Source: Lentisphaeria bacterium (GTDB taxonomy: Bacteria; Verrucomicrobiota; Lentisphaeria; Victivallales; UBA1829). Taken from it: a stretch of 64,000 nucleotides of DNA. Under the pieces are notes generated by a model, which saw nothing but the letters and a program-made list of their open reading frames with translations, was not told the origin of the DNA and searched no databases. The stretch spans positions 4,133-68,132 of the forward strand of contig JAFVSW010000079.1 in the NCBI GenBank assembly GCA_017503545.1, in the 5' to 3' direction. Below are positions 18,164-27,330 of the stretch, piece after piece (the stretch's first letter is position 1; each line of letters starts with the position of its first letter). The position numbers and the translations under genes were made by a program.

Positions 18164-19756
18164 ATGAACGGATACAGCGGCGAATATAATCGTTCACCGG
18201 TCACTGCCTCCAATGGCAGTGAACCGGGTAAAGCACCCGCCTCCCGGTCTTCCAGTGTCCCTGATTTTGCGGACATCAAAACCGAGCAGGCGGTGCTTGC
18301 TGCTATACTTTCGGAACCATCCAGTCTTAATACCGTAGTCTCCATTCTCGGTGGTATTTCGGATCCCGATGGTGCCAATAAAAAGGTGAAATCTGCCCCC
18401 GGTGACGGGCAGAACAGTTATTTTCAGCGTGCATCCCGCATGTTGTTCCGGGATCCGAAGCACGCCATGATTTATGAAGCAATTCTGGAATTGCAGGCAA
18501 AACAGAACAGCGTGGATGCTCTTTCCCTCAGTGAACATTTGCAGCGGATGGGCAGATTGGAAATGATCGGCGGGTTGAATACCTTGCTGGAATTACAGGA
18601 TACCGTTGCTTCTGTTGCAAATCTGGAAGCCTGGTGTGAGATTCTCCGGGATTATGCCATGTTGCGTGAAATGCTCCGTGCATGCCGCAATGCAGAAGAA
18701 ATGTGCCGGAATCCTGCCGGCGATGTAAAAACGCTCCTGGATGAAGTGGAGCAGAGTCTTTATCAAGTCCGTAACAGTTTCCAGAAATCAGAGTTGAAAG
18801 ATATTCGTACTTTGATGAAAGAAACTTTTGAATTTTTTATGCGTTTGTGCAACAAAGAGATCGAACCCGGTATCCCCACTGGTTTCCCGGATTTGGATAG
18901 CCTGATCGGCGGCGGACTGAAAAAGCAGGAAATGTTTGTATTGGCGGCGCGTCCCTCTATCGGTAAAACTGCGCTTGCCTTGAATATTGTACGGAATATT
19001 GCCATGAAAGAAGTGCCGGGTCAACCCCGGAAACGGGTGATGTTCTTCAGTTTGGAAATGAGTGCGGAACAGGTGGCACAGCGTATGCTTTCCACGGAAT
19101 CCGGTGTCCCTCTTTCTTCCATCATGGATGGTTCGTTCAACTCTCACAGTGAAGTCGGCAAATTGACTGCTGCGGTGAGTGTTCTTTCCAAAACCAAACT
19201 GGTGATCGACCCGACCGACGGTATTTCCATTTATGAATTGCGTGCGAAAGCGCGGAAAGAAAAAGATCAGAATGGTCTTGACCTGATCGTGATTGACTAT
19301 TTGCAGTTGATGAAAGCCTCCGATGCGGCGAAAGATGGCCGTCAGGCGGAAGTTGCTGCGATTTCCGGCGGTTTGAAAAAATTGGCAAAAGACTTGGATG
19401 TTCCGGTACTTGTGCTTGCTCAGTTGAACCGTGAAACGGAAAAAGGACAGGGGAAGAATGCCCGTCCGAAATTGAGTAACTTGCGTGAATCCGGGGCTAT
19501 CGAACAGGACGCGGACGTGGTGGTGTTCCTCCATCGTGACCGTGACGAAGCGAAAGAAAAAGCGAATCCGGAACAGAATAAAGGTCCGATCAAAGCGGAA
19601 TTGATTGTAGAAAAGAACCGTAACGGTAAGACCGGGATCTCGGAAATGGAATTTGTGCCGAGTCTTATGGTATTCCGCCCGTTGCTTCACACATATCCTA
19701 AATCTTTTGTACCTGGTCAGGAAGGCGGAGCTGCGCCCGAAGCCGGTAAGGGGTGA
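18164..19756 (+). CDS. dnaB: Replicative DNA helicase
   Basis: N-terminal AVLAAIL...; Walker A ARPSIGKTALALN; FSLEMS, IDYLQLM, LAQLNRE, RESGAIEQDADVV and KNRNGKTG. Confidence 0.95.
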   Translation: MNGYSGEYNRSPVTASNGSEPGKAPASRSSSVPDFADIKTEQAVLAAILSEPSSLNTVVSILGGISDPDGANKKVKSAPGDGQNSYFQRASRMLFRDPKHAMIYEAILELQAKQNSVDALSLSEHLQRMGRLEMIGGLNTLLELQDTVASVANLEAWCEILRDYAMLREMLRACRNAEEMCRNPAGDVKTLLDEVEQSLYQVRNSFQKSELKDIRTLMKETFEFFMRLCNKEIEPGIPTGFPDLDSLIGGGLKKQEMFVLAARPSIGKTALALNIVRNIAMKEVPGQPRKRVMFFSLEMSAEQVAQRMLSTESGVPLSSIMDGSFNSHSEVGKLTAAVSVLSKTKLVIDPTDGISIYELRAKARKEKDQNGLDLIVIDYLQLMKASDAAKDGRQAEVAAISGGLKKLAKDLDVPVLVLAQLNRETEKGQGKNARPKLSNLRESGAIEQDADVVVFLHRDRDEAKEKANPEQNKGPIKAELIVEKNRNGKTGISEMEFVPSLMVFRPLLHTYPKSFVPGQEGGAAPEAGKG

Positions 19757-19761
19757 TCCTA

Positions 19762-22101
19762 ATGAAAAAACTCTTTCTGTTTTTTGTCGTATGTTTTGTA
19801 TTTCTGCTCGATTTTGCAGCGCAGGAAGTCGGTAAAGTGGATTTCCGCCAGGATGGCAAGTTTCAATTCCCTGTTGCCGTTCTCCGTGATAACGTCCAGA
19901 CAAAACAGGGTTTGATGTTTTCCGAACGGATCCTTAATGATGATGTACGCCGTCTTTATGCACTGGGCGTATTTGCCGATGTGGTTACGGTGGTGGAAAC
20001 ATTACCTGACGGCAGAAAAGCGGTGACATTCCGTGTTTCCGCAAAGCCGGTAGTGACCGCTGTTTTTTTTGAAGGGAACAAGAAATATTCCGAGAAAAAA
20101 CTCCGTGAGTTTGTCAAAATTTACCCGGGTGTTCCGCTGAACGAAAAACTGTTGAGTGAATCGGCATCTGCCCTGCGTAAATTTTATGATGATGAAGGGT
20201 TGAAAGATGCTAAAATCTTTCCGCAGCAGTCCGCAGATGGAAACGGGATCAAAATTGTGTTCCGCATTGTGGAAAATCTGCGCCGCAGAGTTCATTCTGT
20301 TCAATTTACCGGGATCAAAGCCTATGAGGCGGATGAATTGTGTGATGGATTGGAAACGCGTCATACTTATTTGAGCGCAGATTGGCTTTCCTGGCTTCCT
20401 GTTGTAAAAGGTATCGGCCTTGTTGATACAAAGGCGGTGGAACGGGATAAAATGCGTTTGCGCGAATTGTATTGGCGGAAAGGTTATCTTGACTTCAAGA
20501 TCAAAAGAATCCAGTACAAAATGGTGGAAAATGATCCGGAACAAATCGATATTATTTTTGATGTGGAAGAAGGAAAACCGTATTTTGTCGGTTCCATTTT
20601 TATCCGCGGCAACAACCGTTTTCCGGAATCCGAATTGCGTGAACTGCTGATTTTGAAAAAAGACAATGTTTACAGCAGCGTAAAAGACGATGCGTTCATG
20701 AAAGCATTGGAAGAAAAATATCTGCCCCTCGGTTATGCTGATTTCTCGGTCAGAGTGCGTAAAATCCCCAATTATGAAACGCATACCGTGGATTTGGAAT
20801 ATACGTTGAACGAAGGCGCACCTTATACCATCGGAGAAGTTTACATTTCCGGCAACAAATGGACAAAAGATCATGTGATCCGCCGTGAACTCCTGTTTTA
20901 TCCGGATGATCCGGTGGATAAAAATCTGATTGATATCAGCCGCGACCGTCTGCTGGGCATGGGGTATTTTGAACCGGTTTCCGATACCAATAAAGGTGTG
21001 GATATTGTGACTGCCAACTCTCCGGATAAACCGGGCAAAAAAGATGTATTCATCAATGTCAAAGAACGGCGTTTTATTGACGGCAAAATCGGTGCCGGCT
21101 GGAGTGACAGCGACAGTTTTGCCGGTATGTTGGAACTGACCCATACCAATGTGGATATTCTTGATCCGAAAAACTGGTTTACCGGCGGTGGACAGCGTGT
21201 CCGGCTGATGGGACTTGCCGGGGTGGAGCATATGGGTTTTGAAGCCGATTTTACAGAACCGTGGCTGTTCGGGATCCCGTTGCGTCTGGATATTTCCGGC
21301 TATTGGCGCACGGTGACATATGATGATTGGGATGAACGGCGTATCGGGTTCAGTGTAACCTTGACAAAACGTATTTTTGACGATTTTACAACCTTATCCG
21401 GCGGTTATCTGTTTGAACATGTCAAAGTGGATGAAATGTCCAACGGCATGTCGAAAAAATTCACAAAATGGGTCGGCGGCGATCTTGTCGGGCGTGTTTT
21501 CCTGACCCTGGAACGGGATACCCGCAACAGTGTGTTCAACCCGACGGATGGATATTATGTCAGTGCGTTCGGCTCTGTGACAACGCAGGGACTTGGAGCT
21601 TCTCACAATTATTACAAGTTTGAGTTGAAAGGAATCAATTATCTTTCCTTCTTCAATAATTGGTTTGTTCTTTCCACCGGCTTCAAAGTCGGCAGTACGG
21701 GAACATTCCGCAGTGATGAAGATGTCCCGCTTTACGACCGTTATTTCCTGGGCGGCGGTGATTCCGTCCGTGGTTTCCCGTACCGTTCCATCGGCCCGCA
21801 GGATTATAACGAAGACAATTACGGCGGACAGTTTATGTACCTGCTTACAGCGGAATTGTCCCATCCCATCTGGAATGATACGATCCGCGGCGGATTCTTT
21901 GTGGATGTGGGTTCTGCCACATCCGGCACGATTGGCCCGATCGACAAACCGAACATCGGTATCGGTTATGGCTTGCGGATCAAATTGCCGAGCGTGAATG
22001 TTCCTGTCCGTCTTGATTTGGCATACCCGCTGCATTCTGAAGTGGAAGGGATGAAAAAGCGTCTCCGTTTCCATTTCAATATGGGTTTCTCTTTCCTCTA
22101 A
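19762..22101 (+). CDS. bamA: Outer membrane protein assembly factor BamA (POTRA repeats + Omp85 barrel)
   Basis: Signal peptide MKKLFLFFVVCFVFLLDFAAQ. POTRA-like repeats (V..V.F.GN..). C-terminal Omp85 barrel ending in RFHFNMGFSFL. The GTG at 19753 overlaps the dnaB stop; the ATG at 19762 is preferred. Confidence 0.88.
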   Translation: MKKLFLFFVVCFVFLLDFAAQEVGKVDFRQDGKFQFPVAVLRDNVQTKQGLMFSERILNDDVRRLYALGVFADVVTVVETLPDGRKAVTFRVSAKPVVTAVFFEGNKKYSEKKLREFVKIYPGVPLNEKLLSESASALRKFYDDEGLKDAKIFPQQSADGNGIKIVFRIVENLRRRVHSVQFTGIKAYEADELCDGLETRHTYLSADWLSWLPVVKGIGLVDTKAVERDKMRLRELYWRKGYLDFKIKRIQYKMVENDPEQIDIIFDVEEGKPYFVGSIFIRGNNRFPESELRELLILKKDNVYSSVKDDAFMKALEEKYLPLGYADFSVRVRKIPNYETHTVDLEYTLNEGAPYTIGEVYISGNKWTKDHVIRRELLFYPDDPVDKNLIDISRDRLLGMGYFEPVSDTNKGVDIVTANSPDKPGKKDVFINVKERRFIDGKIGAGWSDSDSFAGMLELTHTNVDILDPKNWFTGGGQRVRLMGLAGVEHMGFEADFTEPWLFGIPLRLDISGYWRTVTYDDWDERRIGFSVTLTKRIFDDFTTLSGGYLFEHVKVDEMSNGMSKKFTKWVGGDLVGRVFLTLERDTRNSVFNPTDGYYVSAFGSVTTQGLGASHNYYKFELKGINYLSFFNNWFVLSTGFKVGSTGTFRSDEDVPLYDRYFLGGGDSVRGFPYRSIGPQDYNEDNYGGQFMYLLTAELSHPIWNDTIRGGFFVDVGSATSGTIGPIDKPNIGIGYGLRIKLPSVNVPVRLDLAYPLHSEVEGMKKRLRFHFNMGFSFL

Positions 22102-22129
22102 ATAAAACAAATTTTTTACTCTTTTTTCC

Positions 22130-22158
22130 TTGCATTTTTTCCGGAGATATGCTACATT
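22130..22158 (+). promoter_or_regulatory. Sigma70-like promoter TTGCAT-17 nt-TACATT for the proline-rich lipoprotein gene
   Basis: -35 at 22130-22135 and -10 at 22153-22158. GGAAAGGAG Shine-Dalgarno lies before the ATG at 22191. Confidence 0.45.
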
Positions 22159-22190
22159 GTATCCCGTGTTAAAGGAAAGGAGAATAAATC

Positions 22191-22619
22191 ATGAAAATCA
22201 AAACGCTTTTGTATCCTCATGTCTTGATTGCGGGATCAGTGCTGCTTCTTACCGGGTGTGAAATTCATCATCATCACAGAACGCCGCCGCCGACACGGGT
22301 TTATCATGTGCCGCCGCCGCCACCTCCGCAACGAACGGTTGTGATCCATCGGGCACCGCCTCCGCCGCCTCCGCCGCGGAAAGTCGTAGTGATCCGTCAG
22401 GCACCGCCACCTCCGCCGCGGAAGGTTGTAGTGATCCGCCAGACACCGCCTCCTCCTCCGCGTGTTCACCATAAGTCACCGCCTCCGCGGAAAGCTCCTG
22501 TCAAAGTGGTTGCTCCCCGGAAGAATAACCACTACCAAGCACCGGTGAAACGCCAGTCAGGCCCTCCGCCGGTCCGAGGCAGCAATCATAGACCTGGCGG
22601 TCAACCACCGTACAGATGA
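22191..22619 (+). CDS. Small proline-rich, histidine-rich lipoprotein with tandem PPPPP-RKVVVIRQ repeats; function unknown
   Basis: Lipobox LLLTGC, followed by EIHHHH and then repeated blocks APPPPPPPRKVVVIRQAPPPPPRKVVVIRQTPPPPPRV. Has its own promoter and terminator. Confidence 0.6.
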   Translation: MKIKTLLYPHVLIAGSVLLLTGCEIHHHHRTPPPTRVYHVPPPPPPQRTVVIHRAPPPPPPPRKVVVIRQAPPPPPRKVVVIRQTPPPPPRVHHKSPPPRKAPVKVVAPRKNNHYQAPVKRQSGPPPVRGSNHRPGGQPPYR

Positions 22620-22630
22620 TTCCGGAATGG

Positions 22631-22662
22631 AAAAAAGACCTGTAAGAAGGTCTTTTTTTTTG
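22631..22662 (+). terminator. Rho-independent terminator (A-tract/hairpin/T-tract, potentially bidirectional)
   Basis: aaaaaagacct (22631-22641) pairs with aggtctttttt (22648-22658). The loop is gtaaga and further T residues follow. Confidence 0.75.
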
Positions 22663-22708
22663 TATCAGAGGGGGGAAAATATGGAAAATATTTGAAATAA
22701 TTAATAAA

Positions 22709-22754
22709 TACGCATACGCACGCGCTTGCGTATGCGCGAAAGAGGGTGTATATT
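22709..22754 (+). promoter_or_regulatory. gyrA promoter region: perfect 10-bp inverted repeat in an alternating pyrimidine-purine tract, overlapping a -35 TTGCGT and followed by -10 TATATT
   Basis: cgcatacgca (22711-22720) / tgcgtatgcg (22727-22736) with a 6-nt spacer. Alternating Py-Pu runs at 22709-22725 and 22727-22738. TTGCGT at 22726-22731, 17 nt, then TATATT at 22749-22754. Confidence 0.45.
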
Positions 22755-22808
22755 ACCTTGAGAAATTAACTTTGAAAATAACCCCAATCATAAGGAAGAA
22801 AAAACATC

Positions 22809-25562
22809 ATGTCAGACGAGATTCAGAAACACGATGTAACAGTGAACATTGAAGACATCATGCACACTGCGTATCTTCAGTATTCACTGAGTGTGAACGT
22901 CGGCCGTGCTATCCCGGACGTTCGTGACGGATTGAAGCCCTGTAACCGGCGCGTTCTTTTTGCTATGCGCCAGATGGGTTTGACAAAATCCCATTCCACC
23001 GTAAAATGTGCAAAAGTTGTCGGGGAAGTGCTTGGTAATTATCACCCCCATGGTGACTCCTCTGTATACGATACTCTGGTCCGTATGGCGCAGGACTTTT
23101 CCATGCGTCTGCCGTTGATTGAAGGTCAGGGTAACTTCGGGAGTATCGACGGTGACCCGCCGGCTGCTTACCGTTATACCGAGTGCCGTATGGAACGTAT
23201 CACGGAAGAATTGCTTGCGGATATTGATAAAGATACCGTTCACATGATTCCGACCTTCGACGAACAGACCATGGAACCGGAAGTTCTGCCTGCGAAATTC
23301 CCGAACCTTCTGGTAAACGGTTCTGTCGGTATCGGTGTCGGTATGGCAACCAATATTCCCACTCACAACCTGGGCGAAGTCATTGATGCCACTGTACACC
23401 TGATGGATAATCCTACTGCCACACCCCGTGATCTGATGCAGTTCATGCCGGGTCCCGACTTCCCCACAGGCGCAATCATTTGCGGTTTGGATGAAATCCG
23501 CAGTCTGTATGAAACAGGACATGGTGTTCTGAAATTGCGTGCGAAATGCGAAATTGTGGAAAATGACGGCAAAGAACAGATCATTGTCCGCGAGATTCCC
23601 TACGCATTGAATAAAGAATTGCTGGTGAAAAAGATTGCTGATGTTGTGAATGAAAAGATCATCACCGGTATTTCCAATCTCCGTGACGAATCCAACAAAA
23701 AGGGGATCAAGATCGTGATCGATATCAAACGCGGTGCGATGGCAAGCGTGGTATTGAATCAGCTGTATTCCCATACACAATTGGAATCCGTGATCGGGTT
23801 CAACATGCTGGTGGTTGACCACAACCGTCCCCGTGTGATGAATCTGGTTCAGGTTCTTCAGGCATATCTGGATCATCGTTTTGATGTTGTGACCCGCCGT
23901 GCGCAGTATGAATTGAAGAAAGCGGAAGCCAAAGCCCACATTTTGGAAGGCTTGCTGACCGCCGTCCGTAATATTGATGAAGTGGTGCGTATCATCCGTG
24001 AATCCCGCACGCGCGAATTGGCAGCGGAAGCCTTGATTGCCCGTTTCAACTTCACAAAGATTCAGGTCAATGCTATTCTGGATATGCGTCTGCATCAGTT
24101 GACCGGTCTTGCAATCGAAGACCTGGAAAAAGAATACAACGAAATCATGGCGCAGATCAATTATCTGAAAGAATTGCTGGCAAGCCGTGAAAAACGGATG
24201 AATCTGATCAAGGAAGAATTGCTGGCAGTCAAAGAACGTTTTGCAGACCGCCGCCGTACCGAAATCACCTATGCGGAAGGCGATTTGAACTATGCGGACC
24301 TGATTCCGCGTCATGCTTGTGTGATCACCGTTTCCGATACCGGATATATCAAACGTGTTCCCGCAGATACTTACAAAACACAGCATCGCGGCGGTACCGG
24401 CATCATCGGTATGGAAACGAAAGACGAAGACCATGTTGCACACCTGTTCAATGCGGACAGTCACGACATTATCTTCTTCATCACGAACCGCGGTTTCATG
24501 TACTGGCTGAATGTTTATGATATTCCGGAAGGGGCACGTACCGGCAAAGGGAAAGCCATTATCAACCTGATCAAGATCGAAGCCGGGGAACAGATTTGTG
24601 CCATGCTGACCTTGAATAAAGCAATGTTTGACATGCCCGGACACTCCATTGTTATGGCGACCCGTATGGGTGTGATCAAGAAAACGGCGTTGTCTGAATT
24701 CCGTAACTTGCGTAAAGTCGGTCTGCGTGCATTGATCATTGAAGAAGGTGACGATTTGATCGGCGCCGGAATTGCCGATGGCAACAGTGAAATCATTCTG
24801 GCTTCGGAAAAAGGTATGGCTTGCCGCTTCCCGGAAACCAACGTCCGTACCATGGGCAGAGCTGCACGCGGTGTTACCGGTATCAAATTCAAATTGGCGG
24901 ATGACTGTGTTGTCAGTATGGAAATCGTTCCGTCTGCAGTCCCGTTGATGGATGAAGTGGAAATCCCGGAAGGGGAAGAAGATACTTCCGTTAATGACGA
25001 AAATGTACCCGAAGTGGAAGAAGCCGATGATACTGCCGTTGATGCCGAAGGTGCTGCTGCCGATGATGGAGAAGATTTGGTGGATGATGGCCGCCCGCAA
25101 TTGCTGGTCGTGACCAGCGGCGGTATGGGAAAACGCAGTTTCGTGGAATCTTACCGTTTGACAAAACGCGGAGCCAAAGGGGTGAAAAACGTCAATTTGG
25201 CATCGGATGAAACCGTTGTTGCTGCCATCCGTGTTTCTCATGGAGATGAAATCCTGATGACCACGGAACGCGGGCAGGTGGTCCGTACCCGTGTGGATGA
25301 AATCCGCCTTGTCGGCCGTAATTCCAAGGGTGTCCGCATTATGAATCTGCGGAAAGGCGACCGTATTACCAGCGTTTCCCGTCTTGTGGAAGTGGAAGCA
25401 CAGGAAGCCAAAGATATCACAAGTGAACAGCTTGTAGCGACTGCCGGTACCGGTAATGACCCCGAATACAAAGGGGAAGATTATGAAATGCCGGAAAATA
25501 CGGAAGAAACTGCACCCGCCGGAAATGACGGGGAAAATGGTGAAGCACCTGCGGGAGAATAA
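22809..25562 (+). CDS. gyrA: DNA gyrase subunit A
   Basis: Canonical N-terminus AIPDVRDGLKPCNRRVLFAM, HPHGDSSVYDTLVRMAQ and active-site region AAYRYTECRM. C-terminal beta-pinwheel repeats, with an acidic internal stretch and an acidic tail. Confidence 0.97.
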   Translation: MSDEIQKHDVTVNIEDIMHTAYLQYSLSVNVGRAIPDVRDGLKPCNRRVLFAMRQMGLTKSHSTVKCAKVVGEVLGNYHPHGDSSVYDTLVRMAQDFSMRLPLIEGQGNFGSIDGDPPAAYRYTECRMERITEELLADIDKDTVHMIPTFDEQTMEPEVLPAKFPNLLVNGSVGIGVGMATNIPTHNLGEVIDATVHLMDNPTATPRDLMQFMPGPDFPTGAIICGLDEIRSLYETGHGVLKLRAKCEIVENDGKEQIIVREIPYALNKELLVKKIADVVNEKIITGISNLRDESNKKGIKIVIDIKRGAMASVVLNQLYSHTQLESVIGFNMLVVDHNRPRVMNLVQVLQAYLDHRFDVVTRRAQYELKKAEAKAHILEGLLTAVRNIDEVVRIIRESRTRELAAEALIARFNFTKIQVNAILDMRLHQLTGLAIEDLEKEYNEIMAQINYLKELLASREKRMNLIKEELLAVKERFADRRRTEITYAEGDLNYADLIPRHACVITVSDTGYIKRVPADTYKTQHRGGTGIIGMETKDEDHVAHLFNADSHDIIFFITNRGFMYWLNVYDIPEGARTGKGKAIINLIKIEAGEQICAMLTLNKAMFDMPGHSIVMATRMGVIKKTALSEFRNLRKVGLRALIIEEGDDLIGAGIADGNSEIILASEKGMACRFPETNVRTMGRAARGVTGIKFKLADDCVVSMEIVPSAVPLMDEVEIPEGEEDTSVNDENVPEVEEADDTAVDAEGAAADDGEDLVDDGRPQLLVVTSGGMGKRSFVESYRLTKRGAKGVKNVNLASDETVVAAIRVSHGDEILMTTERGQVVRTRVDEIRLVGRNSKGVRIMNLRKGDRITSVSRLVEVEAQEAKDITSEQLVATAGTGNDPEYKGEDYEMPENTEETAPAGNDGENGEAPAGE

Positions 25563-26432
25563 ATGAAATTTCTTGCGGCACATGGTGTGGAATTCTGCTG
25601 TGACAGCCGGAAGGGTCCCGGAATTGCCGGGATCCTGAATCTCTCACCCGACTCGTTCAGCGGAGATGGCAAAATGGATATGGAAAGCCGTTTTGCCATG
25701 ATTCAGAAATCCGGAGCATCCTTTGTGGATGTGGGAGCCGAATCGACCCGCCCGGGATCTCAGCCTGTGCCGGAAGAAATGGAAATAAAAATGATTCGCG
25801 ATGCACTGCGTTTCATCCGTTCCCGCAGTGACCTGCCGGTCAGTGTGGATACGCGGAAGAGTGCAGTGGCGGAAATGGCGTTGAACGAAGGAGCGGATAT
25901 CATCAACGATGTCAGCGGCTTGCAATATGATCCGGCGATGGCGGATGTGATTGCGGCGCATGGCGCGGGATTGATTTTGATGCACAGCCGCGGAACACCG
26001 GAAACGATGCAGTCTGCGGAACATTTGCAGTACAATAATGTCTGTGAAGATGTCAGCCGTTTTTTTCATGAACAGCTTGCATATGCGGAAAGTCGCGGGA
26101 TCCGTTCCGATCATATCATGTTGGATCCCGGGATTGGATTTGCCAAAACGCAGGAACAGAATCTGGAATTGATCCGTTATGGTGCTGCATTCCGCAAGGA
26201 GTTTCAATTGCCGGTGTTGTATGGTGTATCCAGAAAGAGATTTCTGGGGGAATTGACGGGTCAGACTGACCCGGCGAAGCGGGATTTTGCGACGGCAGGT
26301 GTGCTGGCATACCTGGCAGTTCATGGCGGAGTTGATTTTTTCCGGGTGCATGATCCGGTGGGTATGAATGAGATGTTAAAATTGTATTATATTCTCTTAT
26401 CAGAAAACAAACAGGAAGGAGTGAAAATCTGA
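25563..26432 (+). CDS. folP: Dihydropteroate synthase
   Basis: GILNLSPDSFSGDG, VDVGAESTRPG, INDVSG, DPGIGFAK and RVHD. The ATG directly abuts the gyrA stop (TAAATG). Confidence 0.9.
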   Translation: MKFLAAHGVEFCCDSRKGPGIAGILNLSPDSFSGDGKMDMESRFAMIQKSGASFVDVGAESTRPGSQPVPEEMEIKMIRDALRFIRSRSDLPVSVDTRKSAVAEMALNEGADIINDVSGLQYDPAMADVIAAHGAGLILMHSRGTPETMQSAEHLQYNNVCEDVSRFFHEQLAYAESRGIRSDHIMLDPGIGFAKTQEQNLELIRYGAAFRKEFQLPVLYGVSRKRFLGELTGQTDPAKRDFATAGVLAYLAVHGGVDFFRVHDPVGMNEMLKLYYILLSENKQEGVKI

Positions 26433-26433
26433 A

Positions 26434-27330
26434 ATGTTGACATTTTTCACTACGATTGATTATGTCGGAGTTCTCCGGTTGTTCATTGACTTTATGGTCC
26501 TTGCCACGTTATTTTACTGGCTGCTTTATTTTTTGCGCGGGACAAAAAGTGCCAATATCCTCATCGGGATTGTCTGTTTGTTTTGTTTGATTGGAATTCT
26601 TGCCGACTGGCTGCAATTACAGGTTTTGCGTTATTTGCTGGTACGAATCTGGACGATCCTCGGGGTAGCTTCCGTTGTTATTTTTCAGCCGGAATTACGC
26701 CGTGCATTTGCCCAGGCGGGCAGTTTGTTCATGCGGAATGAAACAAGCAGTCAGATGATCGATGAAGTGGTATTGGCTGCCATTCAGATGTCGGAAACAA
26801 AAACCGGGGCGATTATCGTTTTTGAACAGAATATCGGATTGGCGGGGATTATCAATTCTTCCGTCGGGCTGGATGCGAAAGTCAATTCTCTGCTTTTGCA
26901 AACCATCTTTTTCAAAAATTCGCCGCTTCATGACTGTGCCGTGATCATCCGGAAAAATAAAATCGTTGCAGCCCATGCTGTTTTGCCTTTGATGCAGGAT
27001 GAGGATACAAACAATATGCGGCGTCTCGGGACGCGCCATCGTGCGGCAATCGGGATCACGGAAGAAACGGATGCGATTGTGCTGGTTGTTTCGGAAGAAA
27101 GCGGCAAAATCTCCATTGCCCATAAAGGCCGTATTGTACGTGGTTTTTCTGCGGATGAACTTGCCAGTCAGTTGAAAATACTTCTTTTTGACGACAGCGT
27201 AAAAGAGAAGGCTTTGTTTTACGAAAATCTGCTGACCCGTATTCTTCCCGGAAAGAAACGCAATGCAGCGGAACAGAAGCAGGTACAGGACGATTTGTTC
27301 AGTTATCAGAATAAACCGGAGGCAAAGTGA
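26434..27330 (+). CDS. cdaA: Diadenylate cyclase (c-di-AMP synthase), membrane-anchored CdaA/DacA type
   Basis: Three N-terminal TM helices. DAC domain motifs GAIIVFE, LHDCAVII, LGTRHRAAIGITEETDAIVLVVSEESGKISIA. Confidence 0.9.
   Translation: MLTFFTTIDYVGVLRLFIDFMVLATLFYWLLYFLRGTKSANILIGIVCLFCLIGILADWLQLQVLRYLLVRIWTILGVASVVIFQPELRRAFAQAGSLFMRNETSSQMIDEVVLAAIQMSETKTGAIIVFEQNIGLAGIINSSVGLDAKVNSLLLQTIFFKNSPLHDCAVIIRKNKIVAAHAVLPLMQDEDTNNMRRLGTRHRAAIGITEETDAIVLVVSEESGKISIAHKGRIVRGFSADELASQLKILLFDDSVKEKALFYENLLTRILPGKKRNAAEQKQVQDDLFSYQNKPEAK

Noticed and set aside
18164-19756. Possible intein or insertion in dnaB (530 aa, somewhat long)
   Set aside because: The extra length is an N-terminal low-complexity extension of about 40 aa plus short loops. 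The Walker A to C-terminal helicase motifs are contiguous, with no Cys/Ser-...-HN splice-junction block.
22236-22479. Two Arg-rich ORFs antisense to the proline-rich lipoprotein gene
   Set aside because: They are reverse-complement artefacts of the CCG/CCT repeat tract (CGG/AGG = Arg). The sense ORF has a promoter, Shine-Dalgarno, lipobox and terminator.
22884-25583. 899-aa ORF antisense to almost the whole of gyrA
   Set aside because: It is codon-aligned with gyrA (the frame -1 shadow), so it stays open simply because gyrA contains no in-frame TTA, CTA or TCA codons after 22883. The product is low-complexity, there is no Shine-Dalgarno or promoter context, and gyrA homology is unambiguous on the + strand. 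It tells us about codon bias and is not a gene.
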